Of a stretch of DNA of 64,000 nucleotides, positions 39,701-50,196 are shown piece by piece. The notes beneath the pieces were generated by a model. That model was not told the DNA's origin. It saw only the letters and a list, made by a program, of their open reading frames with translations, and searched no databases. Location: positions 3,702,646 through 3,766,645 of the forward strand of contig NW_019091355.1 in the NCBI RefSeq assembly GCF_001949145.1. Reading direction: 5' to 3'. Position 1 is the first letter of the stretch, and each line of letters opens with the position of its first letter. Source of the DNA: Acanthaster planci (taxonomy: Eukaryota). Both the position numbers and the translations under genes were made by a program.

Positions 39701-42700
39701 AAAAGTTCCCAATTAGCTTCAAAGTAAGTCTCATTTGGTAATGGAGAGCGTAAAATTGGGGAAGGTTGAGCAAAATTCCAAACACCTAGGTCTTATGTGG
39801 GAACAGGGTTTAACAGTGAAGATTCCCTCACCAGCGAAAAGACAGCTGAGGCCAGTTTCTGTGATTCGCCGTACCACTTGTCGGTGAGGTTCGACGCTTG
39901 GAGATTAACAAAGCGACAGCCAGCATCCTTGGCTATGGCCTTGGCGATCATGGTCTTCCCGCAGCCAGGCGGGCCGTAGAGCAACACACCTGATTGGACA
40001 AGCATTGAATTACACAGACATGTCACAAAATGGAGAAAACGGTCTAACTGCAAGAGGAAATTCTGTCCGATAGGGGAGGTTATGACAACGCAATCCACTA
40101 GTTTGAGCCCGTTCCCATTATTAGCGCAAACCCGACCCCCTTCCTGGTAGGATTTTGTTGAAAATGAAGCTCAAGTCAAACTATCTTAAATCTGAAATCA
40201 TCAACTCTCGGATCATTTTTGTGACAGCGTGATAAAATAGTCTGCTGAAGCAACAGCAAAAAATAAGTTCTCAACAATGACATCATTCAAGTATGTCTAA
40301 CATTGCTATTAAACCTGACCAATGATCAAAGCCTGGTTAATTTCTGTCAAGGTCACTGTAAAATCTAAACCCTATCCGTACTAAATGCAGCAGACTACAG
40401 AAGTGGCAGTGTGCACTCTGCAGCTTGGTAGGGTCTAGGCTTGTGTCTAACGAGTGCAATGTTCAGTGCCAGTGTCAGGGTTGCTGAGCAGGGTCGTCAT
40501 TTCAGCTGGGTTGCATTCTGTTNNNNNNNNNNNNNNNNNNNNNNNNNNNNNNNNNNNNNNNNNNNNNNNNNNNNNNNNNNNNNNNNNNNNNNNNNNNNNN
40601 NNNNNNNNNNNNNNNNNNNNNNNNNNNNNNNNNNNNNNNNNNNNNNNNNNNNNNNNNNNNNNNNNNNNNNNNNNNNNNNNNNNNNNNNNNNNNNNNNNNN
40701 NNNNNNNNNNNNNNNNNNNNNNNNNNNNNNNNNNNNNNNNNNNNNNNNNNNNNNNNNNNNNNNNNNNNNNNNNNNNNNNNNNNNNNNNNNNNNNNNNNNN
40801 NNNNNNNNNNNNNNNNNNNNNNNNNNNNNNNNNNNNNNNNNNNNNNNNNNNNNNNNNNNNNNNNNNNNNNNNNNNNNNNNNNNNNNNNNNNNNNNNNNNN
40901 NNNNNNNNNNNNNNNNNNNNNNNNNNNNNNNNNNNNNNNNNNNNNNNNNNNNNNNNNNNNNNNNNNNNNNNNNNNNNNNNNNNNNNNNNNNNNNNNNNNN
41001 NNNNNNNNNNNNNNNNNNNNNNNNNNNNNNNNNNNNNNNNNNNNNNNNNNNNNNNNNNNNNNNNNNNNNNNNNNNNNNNNNNNNNNNNNNNNNNNNNNNN
41101 NNNNNNNNNNNNNNNNNNNNNNNNNNNNNNNNNNNNNNNNNNNNNNNNNNNNNNNNNNNNNNNNNNNNNNNNNNNNNNNNNNNNNNNNNNNNNNNNNNNN
41201 NNNNNNNNNNNNNNNGCATTCAGCAGGGTGCCTAGAAAGACTTTGAACTGTGCTTACCTTTGGGAGGCTGCAGGAGCACCGACTCTTTAAAGAGGTGTTT
41301 CTTCTTCATTGGCAGCAAGATGGTCTCCCTGATCTCCCGGCAGATGTTCTCCAGTCCACCGATATCAGCCCAGGAGATGGACAGGGTCAGGGGGTCCACC
41401 AGCTGGGCAGCTATGCTCATCTCGTAGTCGCTCAGCTTGACTCCCTTCACACCGATGCTCTTCATCAGCTTCTGGGCCTGCTTGGGAAAAGGCACACTGG
41501 TGCTGTGAAACGTGCCACCATTGTGGCCACAAACCAATTTTATCTCAAGTCGTGTGACAAGCTACTCAAGTGAACGGAGACAAAATAAGACATGGGTTTG
41601 TTGTAACACCATCTAGATCATGCTGGTGAACTGTGACAAAGCATTCCTTTCATGCAGTTTATTCTACTGCTTGGAACCTTACTTAATCTGATCTACCATA
41701 ACTGATCTCTTATTGACTTGAATATGACTAAACTATTCTAACCATCTAAAACTTGATGCCCCAAAGATACTGTGTGAAACTATACGCGGCCTTAGCATAC
41801 TGTATATCTATAGATAAAAACTGGTGTAGAGTGGCTTAGGTCATGAAGAACGTCTGCCGTGGCACACACGCAATAGCCTATTTTATGCACACATTTTTGG
41901 ACACAGACACATATGCAGATGTCTATTCATTTAACTTCCAGCATTCCAAACATAAGACACTGGCTAAGAACTAGGTAAGTTGTTTGTAAATTGCTTTTCA
42001 AGTATGGGCTAAATAAATGCTAATCGTTTACAAGTATATTGAAATCGTGAACAACTCGATCAGGGTATTAAGAAGTTTTAGCGACCTGAAGGCCCAACCC
42101 ACTTGAGAGGTCTCACAGGTGCTGTAAATGCCACACCTGCAATTTATGCAATTCTGTAGTCTTAATGTAAGACATTCTTGGCCCTGTTGTCACACTGCCA
42201 GGCACGCCTGCCATCATCACATCACTCACACACGTATGTATTTGCCTGCAACTGGGGACCCCCTATTGTTCCTCNNNNNNNNNNNNNNNNNNNNNNNNNN
42301 NNNNNNNNNNNNNNNNNNNNNNNNNNNNNNNNNNNNNNNNNNNNNNNNNNNNNNNNNNNNNNNNNNNNNNNNNNNNNNNNNNNNNNNNNNNNNNNNNNNN
42401 NNNNNNNNNNNNNNNNNNNNNNNNNNNNNNNNNNNNNNNNNNNNNNNNNNNNNNNNNNNNNNNNNNNNNNNNNNNNNNNNNNNNNNNNNNNNNNNNNNNN
42501 NNNNNNNNNNNNNNNNNNNNNNNNNNNNNNNNNNNNNNNNNNNNNNNNNNNNNNNNNNNNNNNNNNNNNNNNNNTCATTAGTAGATGGCATTCCATGTAC
42601 ATGTTCACAAATCTGACTTGTAGACGCACAGTCCCTTTGTATGTCCAGTTGGCCCAGAGCTGTCAAGTGCTCTCAAACAGTTAATCAATGAAGGGAGTTG

Positions 42701-43010
42701 GCCTAATAAAAAGCACCATCATGCTGAGGACGTCTTGCACCAAGACTAGCACTTCTGAAAAACGTTGGATTGTATTCTCAGATATTTCGATTCCCGATCT
42801 TTGACGGTGGGGCTCTCTGATTACATTTTTTTTTACCTGTTCTTGGGCTTCCTGTTTTTGTTTCCGAGTTGGGTCCATGGCTTTGACAATCCATCTCACT
42901 CCAAAGTAGGTGGACACCCCAAGCACGGCAAGCCGGAAGACAAGCCCAAAGATTTCACTTCTTGTCAGGGTCAGTTTGACACTCCGTGCTGCCTCCTCCC
43001 CGCCCGGCAT
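36575..43010 (-). CDS. ATAD1: ATAD1/Msp1 (thorase) mitochondrial outer-membrane AAA+ dislocase, 374 aa; join of 43010-42837, 41477-41258, 39989-39832, 39546-39397, 38805-38716, 38144-38094, 37375-37239, 36719-36575
   Basis: N-terminal TM segment followed by MDPTRKQK, Walker A GPPGCGKT, pore loop DKWYGES, Walker [17 protein letters not shown], sensor 1 GATNRP, arginine fingers [16 protein letters not shown] and C-terminal PLD*. All introns are GT-AG; exons sum to 1125 nt in frame. Confidence 0.96.
37239..37375 (-). CDS. ATAD1: ATAD1 coding exon 7
   Basis: [38 protein letters not shown]...; phase-2 donor AG|GTCAGG. Confidence 0.92.
37700..37955. mobile_element. MITE, family A copy 2 (inverted relative to copy 1)
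   Basis: TIRs TGTGACCCACTCTGTGCAAATGAGTCACAAGTCGCCAGAGCCACTTT ... AAAGTGGCTCTGGAGACTTATGACTCATTGTCACAGAGCGGGTCACA; the interior is homologous to the reverse complement of 36039-36291. Confidence 0.85.
38094..38144 (-). CDS. ATAD1: ATAD1 coding exon 6 (51 nt)
   Basis: [17 protein letters not shown], similar to vertebrate QREAILKLILKNE; acceptor tttgcAG; donor is ambiguous (38094 or 38090). Confidence 0.85.
38716..38805 (-). CDS. ATAD1: ATAD1 coding exon 5 (sensor 1, arginine fingers)
   Basis: [30 protein letters not shown]; donor GTAAGT. Confidence 0.95.
39185..39383. mobile_element. MITE/foldback element in an ATAD1 intron
   Basis: 27-bp TIRs AGCAAGCCAGTTCGGTATTCCAAACAT / ATGTTTGGAATACCGAATTGGCTCGCT plus an inner inverted pair GTCATTCGAGAACA / TGTTCTCGAATGAC. 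Confidence 0.75.
39397..39546 (-). CDS. ATAD1: ATAD1 coding exon 4 (Walker B)
   Basis: [50 protein letters not shown]; 150 nt. Confidence 0.95.
39832..39989 (-). CDS. ATAD1: ATAD1 coding exon 3 (Walker A)
   Basis: [17 protein letters not shown]...[17 protein letters not shown]; donor GTGAGG. Confidence 0.95.
40523..41215. other. Assembly gap (ATAD1 intron)
   Basis: Run of N; the flanking exons join in frame, so no coding exon appears to be missing. Confidence 1.
41258..41477 (-). CDS. ATAD1: ATAD1 coding exon 2
   Basis: [29 protein letters not shown]...SWADIGGL...LLQPPKG; CAG acceptor, AAG|GTAAGC donor, phase 1. Confidence 0.93.
42275..42574. other. Assembly gap (ATAD1 intron)
   Basis: Run of N. 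Confidence 1.
42837..43010 (-). CDS. ATAD1: ATAD1 coding exon 1 (TM anchor)
   Basis: [10 protein letters not shown]...[38 protein letters not shown]; donor CAG|GTAAAA; exon begins at 43066 after an upstream acceptor (UTR part). Confidence 0.9.
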
Positions 43011-43945
43011 CGCGAAGCAGGACACTTGACAGTAACGGCAAGAAACGTTCTCGTCGTGGGACAAATCTGCAACACAAGGGTGCGGGGGCAGCATTTCTTT
43101 GTATGATACAAATTAAGCACTCACTCTACGTATGTCTGTTTTGTGGTCTGAGTGAACATATTGGCACTTTGTCCATTGTTTTGATTGGTCAATCTGTATG
43201 ATCTTTCAATTGCTTTGGGCGATTAGTCGATCTCAAAGTTTACTTCCTTTTCCCATGGAATAACCATTGAGATGATGAGGGGTCAAATGATGTAACGTTC
43301 AATGACCTTATTTTAAAGATGGCGACTGTGAAAGCGAGCCTGTGAGATTGAATGGGTGAAGGCAAGAAGACTGGAAAATACCAGAACATGAGTGAAATCA
43401 TTCAATAAATAGCGCTAAGAAAGCGGAGAGGCTAAGGATCATCTCTGTGCCCACGATGATAAGTGGGCACAGAGTGAAATTTTTCAGTATGCTGAAATAA
43501 AATTGCGTATATGGATGCGTGGCTAAGGATGGAGCAGGAAGTGAGAGTCCGTGCCACACCAGTGTAGTGGGGCTAGTAGTAAGCAACTTGGTTTTCCTCT
43601 TCCTAAATTGAACATTTTCTGGACATGTTTTTGCTTCTGACGGCCAATAAGTCACTTTAGGCAATTACTGGTGTCAGTGTATGGAACTCTTCCCAAAGAG
43701 AGAACACCTGAAACGGTAAATTTGCGCAAGGACACAAGGGAATAGGGAATTCCCCGTTCGCGGTCGGTCTACGTACTGTGTCACTGATTACATACCTCAT
43801 TAACTTCCATCAGAGCAAAGAACATCCCTGCTTTACTTCTAAAAACAGATGCAAGTTTAGCAGGGTTCAAAAACAGAAAACAGTTCAAATATGAAGATGT
43901 TTTCCGAAGGTATATTAAATTGATTGATTACTCTGTAGGCCTTAC

Positions 43946-44020
43946 CTCCTTCGAAATGCGATACGACTTTACTCTGCAATTTCCACACACGTGTGTACGA
44001 TACGAATGTGTATGAAGTCC
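43946..44020 (-). other. ATAD1: Probable non-coding first exon of ATAD1 (5' boundary approximate)
   Basis: Strong donor GAG|GTAAGG at 43946 at the edge of the CpG-rich promoter; the first coding exon begins with an acceptor at 43066, so an upstream exon is required. Confidence 0.55.
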
Positions 44021-44494
44021 GCTCGTCGCCAGAGGGCGCATTTAATCCTTGAAAAAGTTGGGCTGGAAAAATCGCGTAGTTAAGCGCCGATGATTGCGAA
44101 ATACAGATACTGCCAAAGGTAATGGGTTTCGAGCTGCATTTGTGGGAATCGATACAGTAGTGGTAAAATTATAATTCATTGAACCTAAACGCGCGCCACC
44201 AAATCATGCAAGATAAGAAAAGATCAGATTCTCTATTTCATACCTGATTTCATATTTCTTGTACTTCACTTGATCTTTATCCTGAACTTATCGATTTCTC
44301 ACTGACAATTATGGATGAAAGATATTAAGTATCGATTCTTGTTAATCAGAATCGCCAATTTATCCCCATTGGGCGCCAAAGCAACAACCCACTGCACGTT
44401 GGGTTTTAATTTTGCTACATGTGCTACTCAACACGTGTATTTCGAGCTAATTGGGCAACATCTGATCTGCATCAACTTAGTAAACTCCTTCAAG
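43980..44494. promoter_or_regulatory. Bidirectional promoter shared by ATAD1 and NOLC1
   Basis: Divergent genes about 0.5 kb apart. CACGTG at 43988 and 44432; DRE-like AATCGATA/TATCGATT at 44147, 44289 and 44330; E2F-like GCGCCAAA at 44373; CTCF-like TCGCCAGAGGGCGC at 44026. Confidence 0.65.
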
Positions 44495-44599
44495 ATGAGT
44501 TCCGCTGTTCCGAGTAAACTGTTTTCGTACATCTATGGTTTTCTGACGCAGAACAAGCTGTCAAAAACAGCAAAGGCTCTGCGGAAAGAGACGGGATCG
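44495..44599 (+). CDS. NOLC1: NOLC1 exon 1 (LisH)
   Basis: AAGATGA start; [35 protein letters not shown]; donor TCG|GTAAGT. Confidence 0.9.
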
Positions 44600-47500
44600 G
44601 TAAGTCATGTAGGCCCTTACCTGAGCATGCTTAACTTTAGTGCGATTCCTCGATCATGTCGATGGCGTGATTGGCAATTGAATTTTGTCATTGTTTGTGC
44701 TGCATGACGACGTGATCACGATGGCCTGCCTGGGACTTAACAGACTTCTGTTCATGTTTTGGTCTTTGGTGACAGTCTTCAGGTTTGTCACCATTTTCTT
44801 AAAGAGTCATGGTATGTTGAGCTGGGCAAAGATTTTTAAACCTGTAGGCTGTACCCAATCGTTTTGTAAACTTGGATATTAATGCCTGGGCATGTTTTGT
44901 CATCAATGATAAAATGATTACAATTATTAAGTTATATGATTGCCAAATATAAATTATAAGTTTAAATCAATGCATGCCTGCTGTAAGATTTCCTCAAGTC
45001 ATGTCAATTTTAGAACCGTAGCTTGCCCAATCTCTAAAATGTTGCTCTTTAGTTTGTGGATTTTGTTTTTAAACAATCAATGGAACTCAAATATTAGTGT
45101 GAACACATATTACAGGCATGTCAGAGAGTTAATATTTTTGACACTGCTGTGTTGATATGTTGTCAAAACTTGTGATTATTTTTCTTTCTTTCACTCTCAG
45201 CCAATATGTGCACCAAAATCAGAGGATCCCGACCTAATTCAGATCCTTAATACCTATGAGATGGCCTCTCCAACTGGGGCAGTCAAACGCAAAGCCAAGC
45301 CTGACGACACACCACCCACAGCCTCAAAGAAACAGCGCAAGGGTGAGGAAGCAGTTGTGAAAACACCTAAAGTAACTGCAAAGAAAGAAGACAAGATGCC
45401 TGCTAAACCAGCTGTGAAGACACCAGCACAAACAAAGAAAACACCTGCCAAAACATCAGAAACGGCAGCGGCCAAAAAATCAGCCCAAAAGGTGAAGATG
45501 CCGAGTCAGGCTCCTAAGAAGGTGAAAGCACTACCAGGGACAGGAACCAAGCGGAAGAAAGAGACCAGTAGTGAGAGTTCCAGCAGCAGCGAAAGCGAGG
45601 GCGAGAGCAAACAAGTCAAGAAGCCCCAGGCTAAGAAAGTGGCCGTGGGCAAAACAACACCACAGAAAGCTGCCAAGAAGCAGGTCAAGGCTGCATCCAG
45701 CAGCTCGGAATCTGAAAGCTCCAGCTCGGACGAGGATGAGAAGCCAACACTGGCAAAATGCACAAAGCCAGCTGCTAAGACTTCTGCTAAAGGGACGCCT
45801 TTGCAAAACGGTAATGGTAGTTCATGCAGCTCTGAGAGCGACAGCGAGGAGGAACAACCCAAAGCAGCCATAAAGAAGGAAACTCAGACTCCGAAGGGCA
45901 AAAAAGCGACTCTACCAGCACCAAAGAAACCAGAAAGCAGCAGTGATGACAGCTCGAGCTCAGACGACAGCGATGATGAACCAAAAAAGCCAGCCAGGAA
46001 GCCTTTGTCAACTCCCCAAACCCAGGCAAAGTCTCCCAAAGCACAGCCGGCCCCCAAAACCAAGACACAGTCCTCAAGTTCAGAGGAATCGAGCTCTGAA
46101 GAGTCCAGCTCTGAATCAGAAACAGAGAAGCTCTCAAAGCAGACTGCCGCAGTCAAACCAACAGCAAAGTCACCAGCGACAGCAAAATCACCAGCTAACA
46201 CCCAAGCTAAAAAACAGGATTCATCAAGCTCTGAAGACTCTAGTTCTGAATCAGACAGTGAAGATGAAACGTTAAAACCTGCTGCTAAGCCAATACCTAA
46301 ATCAGCACTTACACCTAGTAAAGTACAGGCTAAAACAGGAGCAGCTAAAATGCCTGCCAAGTCTTCAGCTAAAAAAGAGGATTCATCAAGCTCCGAAGAC
46401 TCTAGTTCTGAATCAGACAGTGAAGATGAAACGTCAAAACCTGCTGCTAAGCCAATACCTAAATCAGCACTTACACCTAGTAAAGTACAGGCTAAAACAG
46501 GAGCAGCTAAAATGCCTGCCAAGTCTTCAGCTAAAAAAGAGGATTCATCGAGCTCCGAAGACTCTAGTTCTGAATCAGACAGTGAAGATGAAAAATTGAA
46601 AACTGTCTCTAAACCAGTTGCACAGTCAACACCAGCACCAAGTAAAGTACAAGCCAAAACAGCCAAAGAGTCCTCAAGCTCAGAGGGTTCAAGCTCCGAG
46701 TCGGAGAGTGATGAAGATGATATGCCCAAAAAGTCAGCAGGCAAACCAGCCCCCAAAGTAAATGCCAAACCGGCAGCTAAACAGGATTCCAAAGCGGCCC
46801 TGAAGGCTAAAGAGGTGTCGTCAAGCTCGGAAGACTCAAGTTCTGGATCTGATGAAGATGTCCCAAAGAAACCTACCTCAGTCAGCAAGCCATTAGCCCC
46901 AAAGCCATCAACCCAAGTAGCCAAGGCCAGGGAAGCTACCTCAAGTTCCGAAGACTCCAGCTCTGAGTCGGACTCGGACAGTGATGCAGGACCCAAGAAA
47001 TCCGTTGCCCCTCCCTCAAAGGTTCAACCACCTAAATCTGCACAGGTTGCCAAGAAGAACACCCCGTCCAGTTCTGAGGAGAGTAGTGACAGTGATAGTT
47101 CAGAAGAAGAGGAAAGTCCCGCTAAAAAGAAGCCAGCTTTGGCAAAGCCAGCTGCGAAGTCCATGCCAGCCAAGCAGCCAGCAAAGCCCCCTGCTGCTAA
47201 GCCCCCAAAAGATTCCTCGAGCTCCGAGGATTCTAGTTCAGAGGATTCAAGCTCTGATAGTGAGTCGGAGGCCAAAAAGCCAGCTTCGACTACACCCAAA
47301 GCAATGCAGAGTTCTCAGAAGAAAACTTCAGAGGCACATAAGAAAGCAGCGAGCTCAAGTGATAGCTCAGAAGATTCAAGTTCCGACGAGGATGAGGGTG
47401 AATCCGAGACCAAGAAACAACTGACTACAAAACCAGCTCAGAATTCCAAACTGCAGGCTGCAAAAACACAGAAGGCAGCTGCAAGTTCAAGCAGCGACTC

Positions 47501-50196
47501 GGGCAGTTCCGATGACAGCTCTGATGATGACGCTGAGAACAAACCAACTGCCACACCACAAACTCCAAAAGCCTCTGCAAAAAAAGCAACACCGATGGCT
47601 GTCAATAGTAAAGGCGATTCCTCAAGCTCAGATGATACCTCAGGTTCGGATGATTCCAGCTCAGAAAGCGAAACTGAGACAAAGAAGATCACAGTGAGTC
47701 AGACAGAGCAGAAGGCTACCAATGGGAAGACCACACCCAAGCAGGCGTCAAAGACCAGCAAGAAAGACAGCAGCGAAAGCAGCTCTGACGAGTCGAGCTC
47801 AGAGAGCGAGAACGAGAAAATGGTGATGAAAAAAGTGTTGACAAAAGTGAGTATCACAAGAGGAAAAGTCGACGCATCACCAGAGAGCCTTTTTTACAAA
47901 ACTGAGTCTTTTTTTTTTATGATTTTCACCCATGCCCTCTCAAGTTACAAATAGCCCTGTTGGGCAAAATCATAGTGAAAGGTCAAACTCAGGTCAAACA
48001 AGTGGCATGCCGGCATGCTCCTCCATGCATTTGTTCTATGATAGGATTCCCCGAGTAAGGTCAGTTTAAACTCCACGTTCCTTGTAACAAGCCCATAGTT
48101 GAGCCAAGCTTTTTAAAGAAATGATACAAGTTGGTGGACAGTGCTGCCCAAAAGGGTAAAAACCACGTCGGTAAAACCCTCTTGCAGAAAGCAATTCCTG
48201 ACGGGTGACTTGTTCCCCGTACACTTCTCCACTCATGTTTTCCCGCCTGTAGAAGAGGCCTTCCAAATCATCCTCTTCCTCCTCGAGCGAGGACAGCGAT
48301 GACGAAGATGACGACACCAAGCCAGTCAACCAGACCCTGCCGGCCAACACCGCACCGGCCCAGTCCAAGAAGAAACAGAGCCCTGCAACTCTGCCCAGAG
48401 CAGTGAGTTTACCGTTAATGTTTTCTTGCTTTTTGTACAAGTCTCAAACATCAGAGAAAAGTGGCGTGGGTGCTCTGAACGGTACTCCCTGGTGCGCTTC
48501 ACATGGCGAAGGAATTGTCGGAAATTTTCCTGATCACATGGCTATACTATTTGTACCCAAATTCTTTCTCTGTGCCCCACTGTGCACCTGCATGTGCAAT
48601 TATGAATTATTCCTTCCAACCTTTTGTGTATAATTTCAGGTTATTTCACGTTGCAAGACTCACCACATCTTTGTAGCTTGCCACTGACGAATTTTATGTT
48701 CAGAGCACCCCTTATGCATTTTATAAAGTTCCACTTTTTTCACACACCCAAGTGGATCCATAGGGGTTAAACATTTATACATGTAGGCATGCAATGAAGC
48801 CGGTGATCCTGACCTTTGAACTCTGTGCCTCTCAAGACTTCTCCCATCCAACCTTTGACCTTCAAGTGTGGTATTGTAATGGACTTGATAACGCCTACAT
48901 TTTTGGTCAGTGTACTTACGTTGTGGTTCATTTTCTCACCCAATATAATTCTGTGCAGAAAAAATCTGAACCGTTCCGACGAGTCCGAGAAGAGGACCAC
49001 CGGATTGACCCAAGACTGAAGGACAACTCTTTTGAGGCTAAGGTAGCGCATACAGATCTCCACTGAATATTTTACACTCCAGTGCTGGCAGGAGTAAAAT
49101 CAAATTTCTGTGCTGCACTGAAAACAAGTTGAGCCCGTTGTTTCACGACACCTTTAGCGTAATCCACATCTGGGAATACGGACGTACTCACTTTTTCCAG
49201 TGCAGTAAGGAAAATCGTTAATGAACACTTCTGGCAATGACACTAAGGATTCCTCAAAAGCGGCCCGGGCGCCGTAGCTCGCCAGCCTGACGAAACCTGC
49301 AGAGAGGAGTCAATGAGAAGAAGTTAGTTTTTTAGAGGTGGGAGGGAAACCCCAGAGAATATTCTTTGTGAAATCCACAGAATTGTGTAGGGACTGGAAA
49401 CCCAATCTGCACGTGGACCAGCCCGGGAACTCAAAACCCAAGCCGCAGAGGTGAAAGACTCACTACGCAAACCCAATTCCGCAAACGTGTCGGCATTTTT
49501 TAAGCACTTTGTATTTTGGCCATCAGTCACACCATTTATTGCATGTCTGCTCAGTGAAACCAGAAGTAGTCGTGAATGCTCCAAGCTGTATAATTCTACA
49601 CTCGGAATGACTAAAGTTTTACTTACCTGTGAATGAACCTGTCTAGCTGTAAATGCTCTGTTCTTTTTGTTCCTTGTTTAATAGCGCTTTCAGCTACTCA
49701 AGCAGTTTGCACCAATAACTATACATTTATTCCTAACCTTTGTTAATTGGCATCACATTACGGAGTAAGGAAGATGGTCCAGTTTTAGGGGCAGGAGGAA
49801 ACCGGAGTACCCGAAGAAAACCTGCGAGAGCGAGTATGGACTGGAAACCAAATGCACTTAAAGCCTGGGCCAAGCCTGGACTCAAACCCGAGCCTCATTG
49901 GTGCAAAGCGAGGAAAGAGCTGCTATACTAACCCCCCCTTCCCGTAAACGCTCTGTATACACTGGGTTTAAGTTGTCAGTTGTAAGGTCACGCTGTGAAT
50001 AGATACATTTTCAATACTTTTTTTTCTTAAAATTCAGAAAGGTGCGAGAGGCTCGTGGGGCGACAAGGCCAACAAAGACCTGAAAGTAGTCCGGGGAAAG
50101 GCCTTCAGGCACGAGAAGACCAAGAAGAAGCGGGGCAGCTACAAAGGTGGACAGATCTCGACTGCCGTCAATTCCATCAAGTTTGACAGTGACTAG
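44495..50196 (+). CDS. NOLC1: NOLC1/Nopp140 nucleolar and coiled-body phosphoprotein, 1047 aa; join of 44495-44599, 45201-47846, 48253-48402, 48959-49042, 50038-50196
   Basis: N-terminal LisH motif ([26 protein letters not shown]), long alternation of acidic serine tracts and K/P/A-rich tracts, and the C-terminal SRP40 domain ([31 protein letters not shown]...[19 protein letters not shown]...VNSIKFDSD*). All introns are GT-AG, phase 0. Confidence 0.96.
45201..47846 (+). CDS. NOLC1: NOLC1 exon 2 (2646 nt, acidic/basic repeat domain)
   Basis: Acceptor tttcactctcAG, in frame with the 897-aa ORF; donor AAA|GTGAGT. Confidence 0.92.
46206..46593 (+). repeat. Coding tandem repeat, 162-bp (54-aa) unit, ~2.4 near-identical copies
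   Basis: Units start at 46218, 46380 and 46542 (GATTCATC.AGCTC.GAAGACTCTAGTTCTGAATCAGACAGTGAAGATGAA...). Confidence 0.95.
48253..48402 (+). CDS. NOLC1: NOLC1 exon 3
   Basis: [24 protein letters not shown]...LPRA; TAG acceptor, GTGAGT donor, 150 nt. Confidence 0.85.
48959..49042 (+). CDS. NOLC1: NOLC1 exon 4
   Basis: [28 protein letters not shown]; 84 nt. Confidence 0.93.
49326..49480 (-). mobile_element. Degenerate tRNA-derived SINE (V-SINE-like)
   Basis: GGTGGGAGGGAAACCCCAGAGAA...GGACTGGAAACCCAAT...GGGAACTCAAAACCC is homologous to the copy at 49781-49934. Confidence 0.55.
49781..49934 (-). mobile_element. tRNA-derived SINE with V-domain-like core
   Basis: GGAGGAAACCGGAGTACCCGAAGAAAACC (49794-49822) is the reverse complement of the V-SINE core; B-box-like GGTTTGAGTCC on the minus strand at ~49878-49888. 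Confidence 0.7.
50038..50196 (+). CDS. NOLC1: NOLC1 last exon (SRP40 C-terminal domain)
   Basis: [52 protein letters not shown]. Confidence 0.95.
   Translation, partial: KGARGSWGDKANKDLKVVRGKAFRHEKTKKKRGSYKGGQISTAVNSIKFDSD

Noticed and set aside
15157..42684. Long ORFs of 130-370 aa containing X runs
   Set aside because: Artefacts of translating through N gaps
43271..43330. ATGATGA box C and YY1-like AAGATGGCG in ATAD1 intron 1
   Set aside because: Box C is antisense to the host transcript with no matching box D; a single YY1 word is not enough to call a promoter
46206..46593. Regularly spaced repeats suggestive of a CRISPR array
   Set aside because: In-frame coding tandem duplication with identical 'spacers'; eukaryotic context, no cas genes
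45254..47692. Long antisense ORFs (e.g. 370 aa at 45884-46996)
   Set aside because: Shadow frames of the repetitive NOLC1 coding strand
49248..49310. CTGACGAAAC in a GC-rich hairpin resembling a hammerhead ribozyme or H/ACA RNA
   Set aside because: No stem II between CUGANGA and GAAA, and no convincing H/ACA box arrangement
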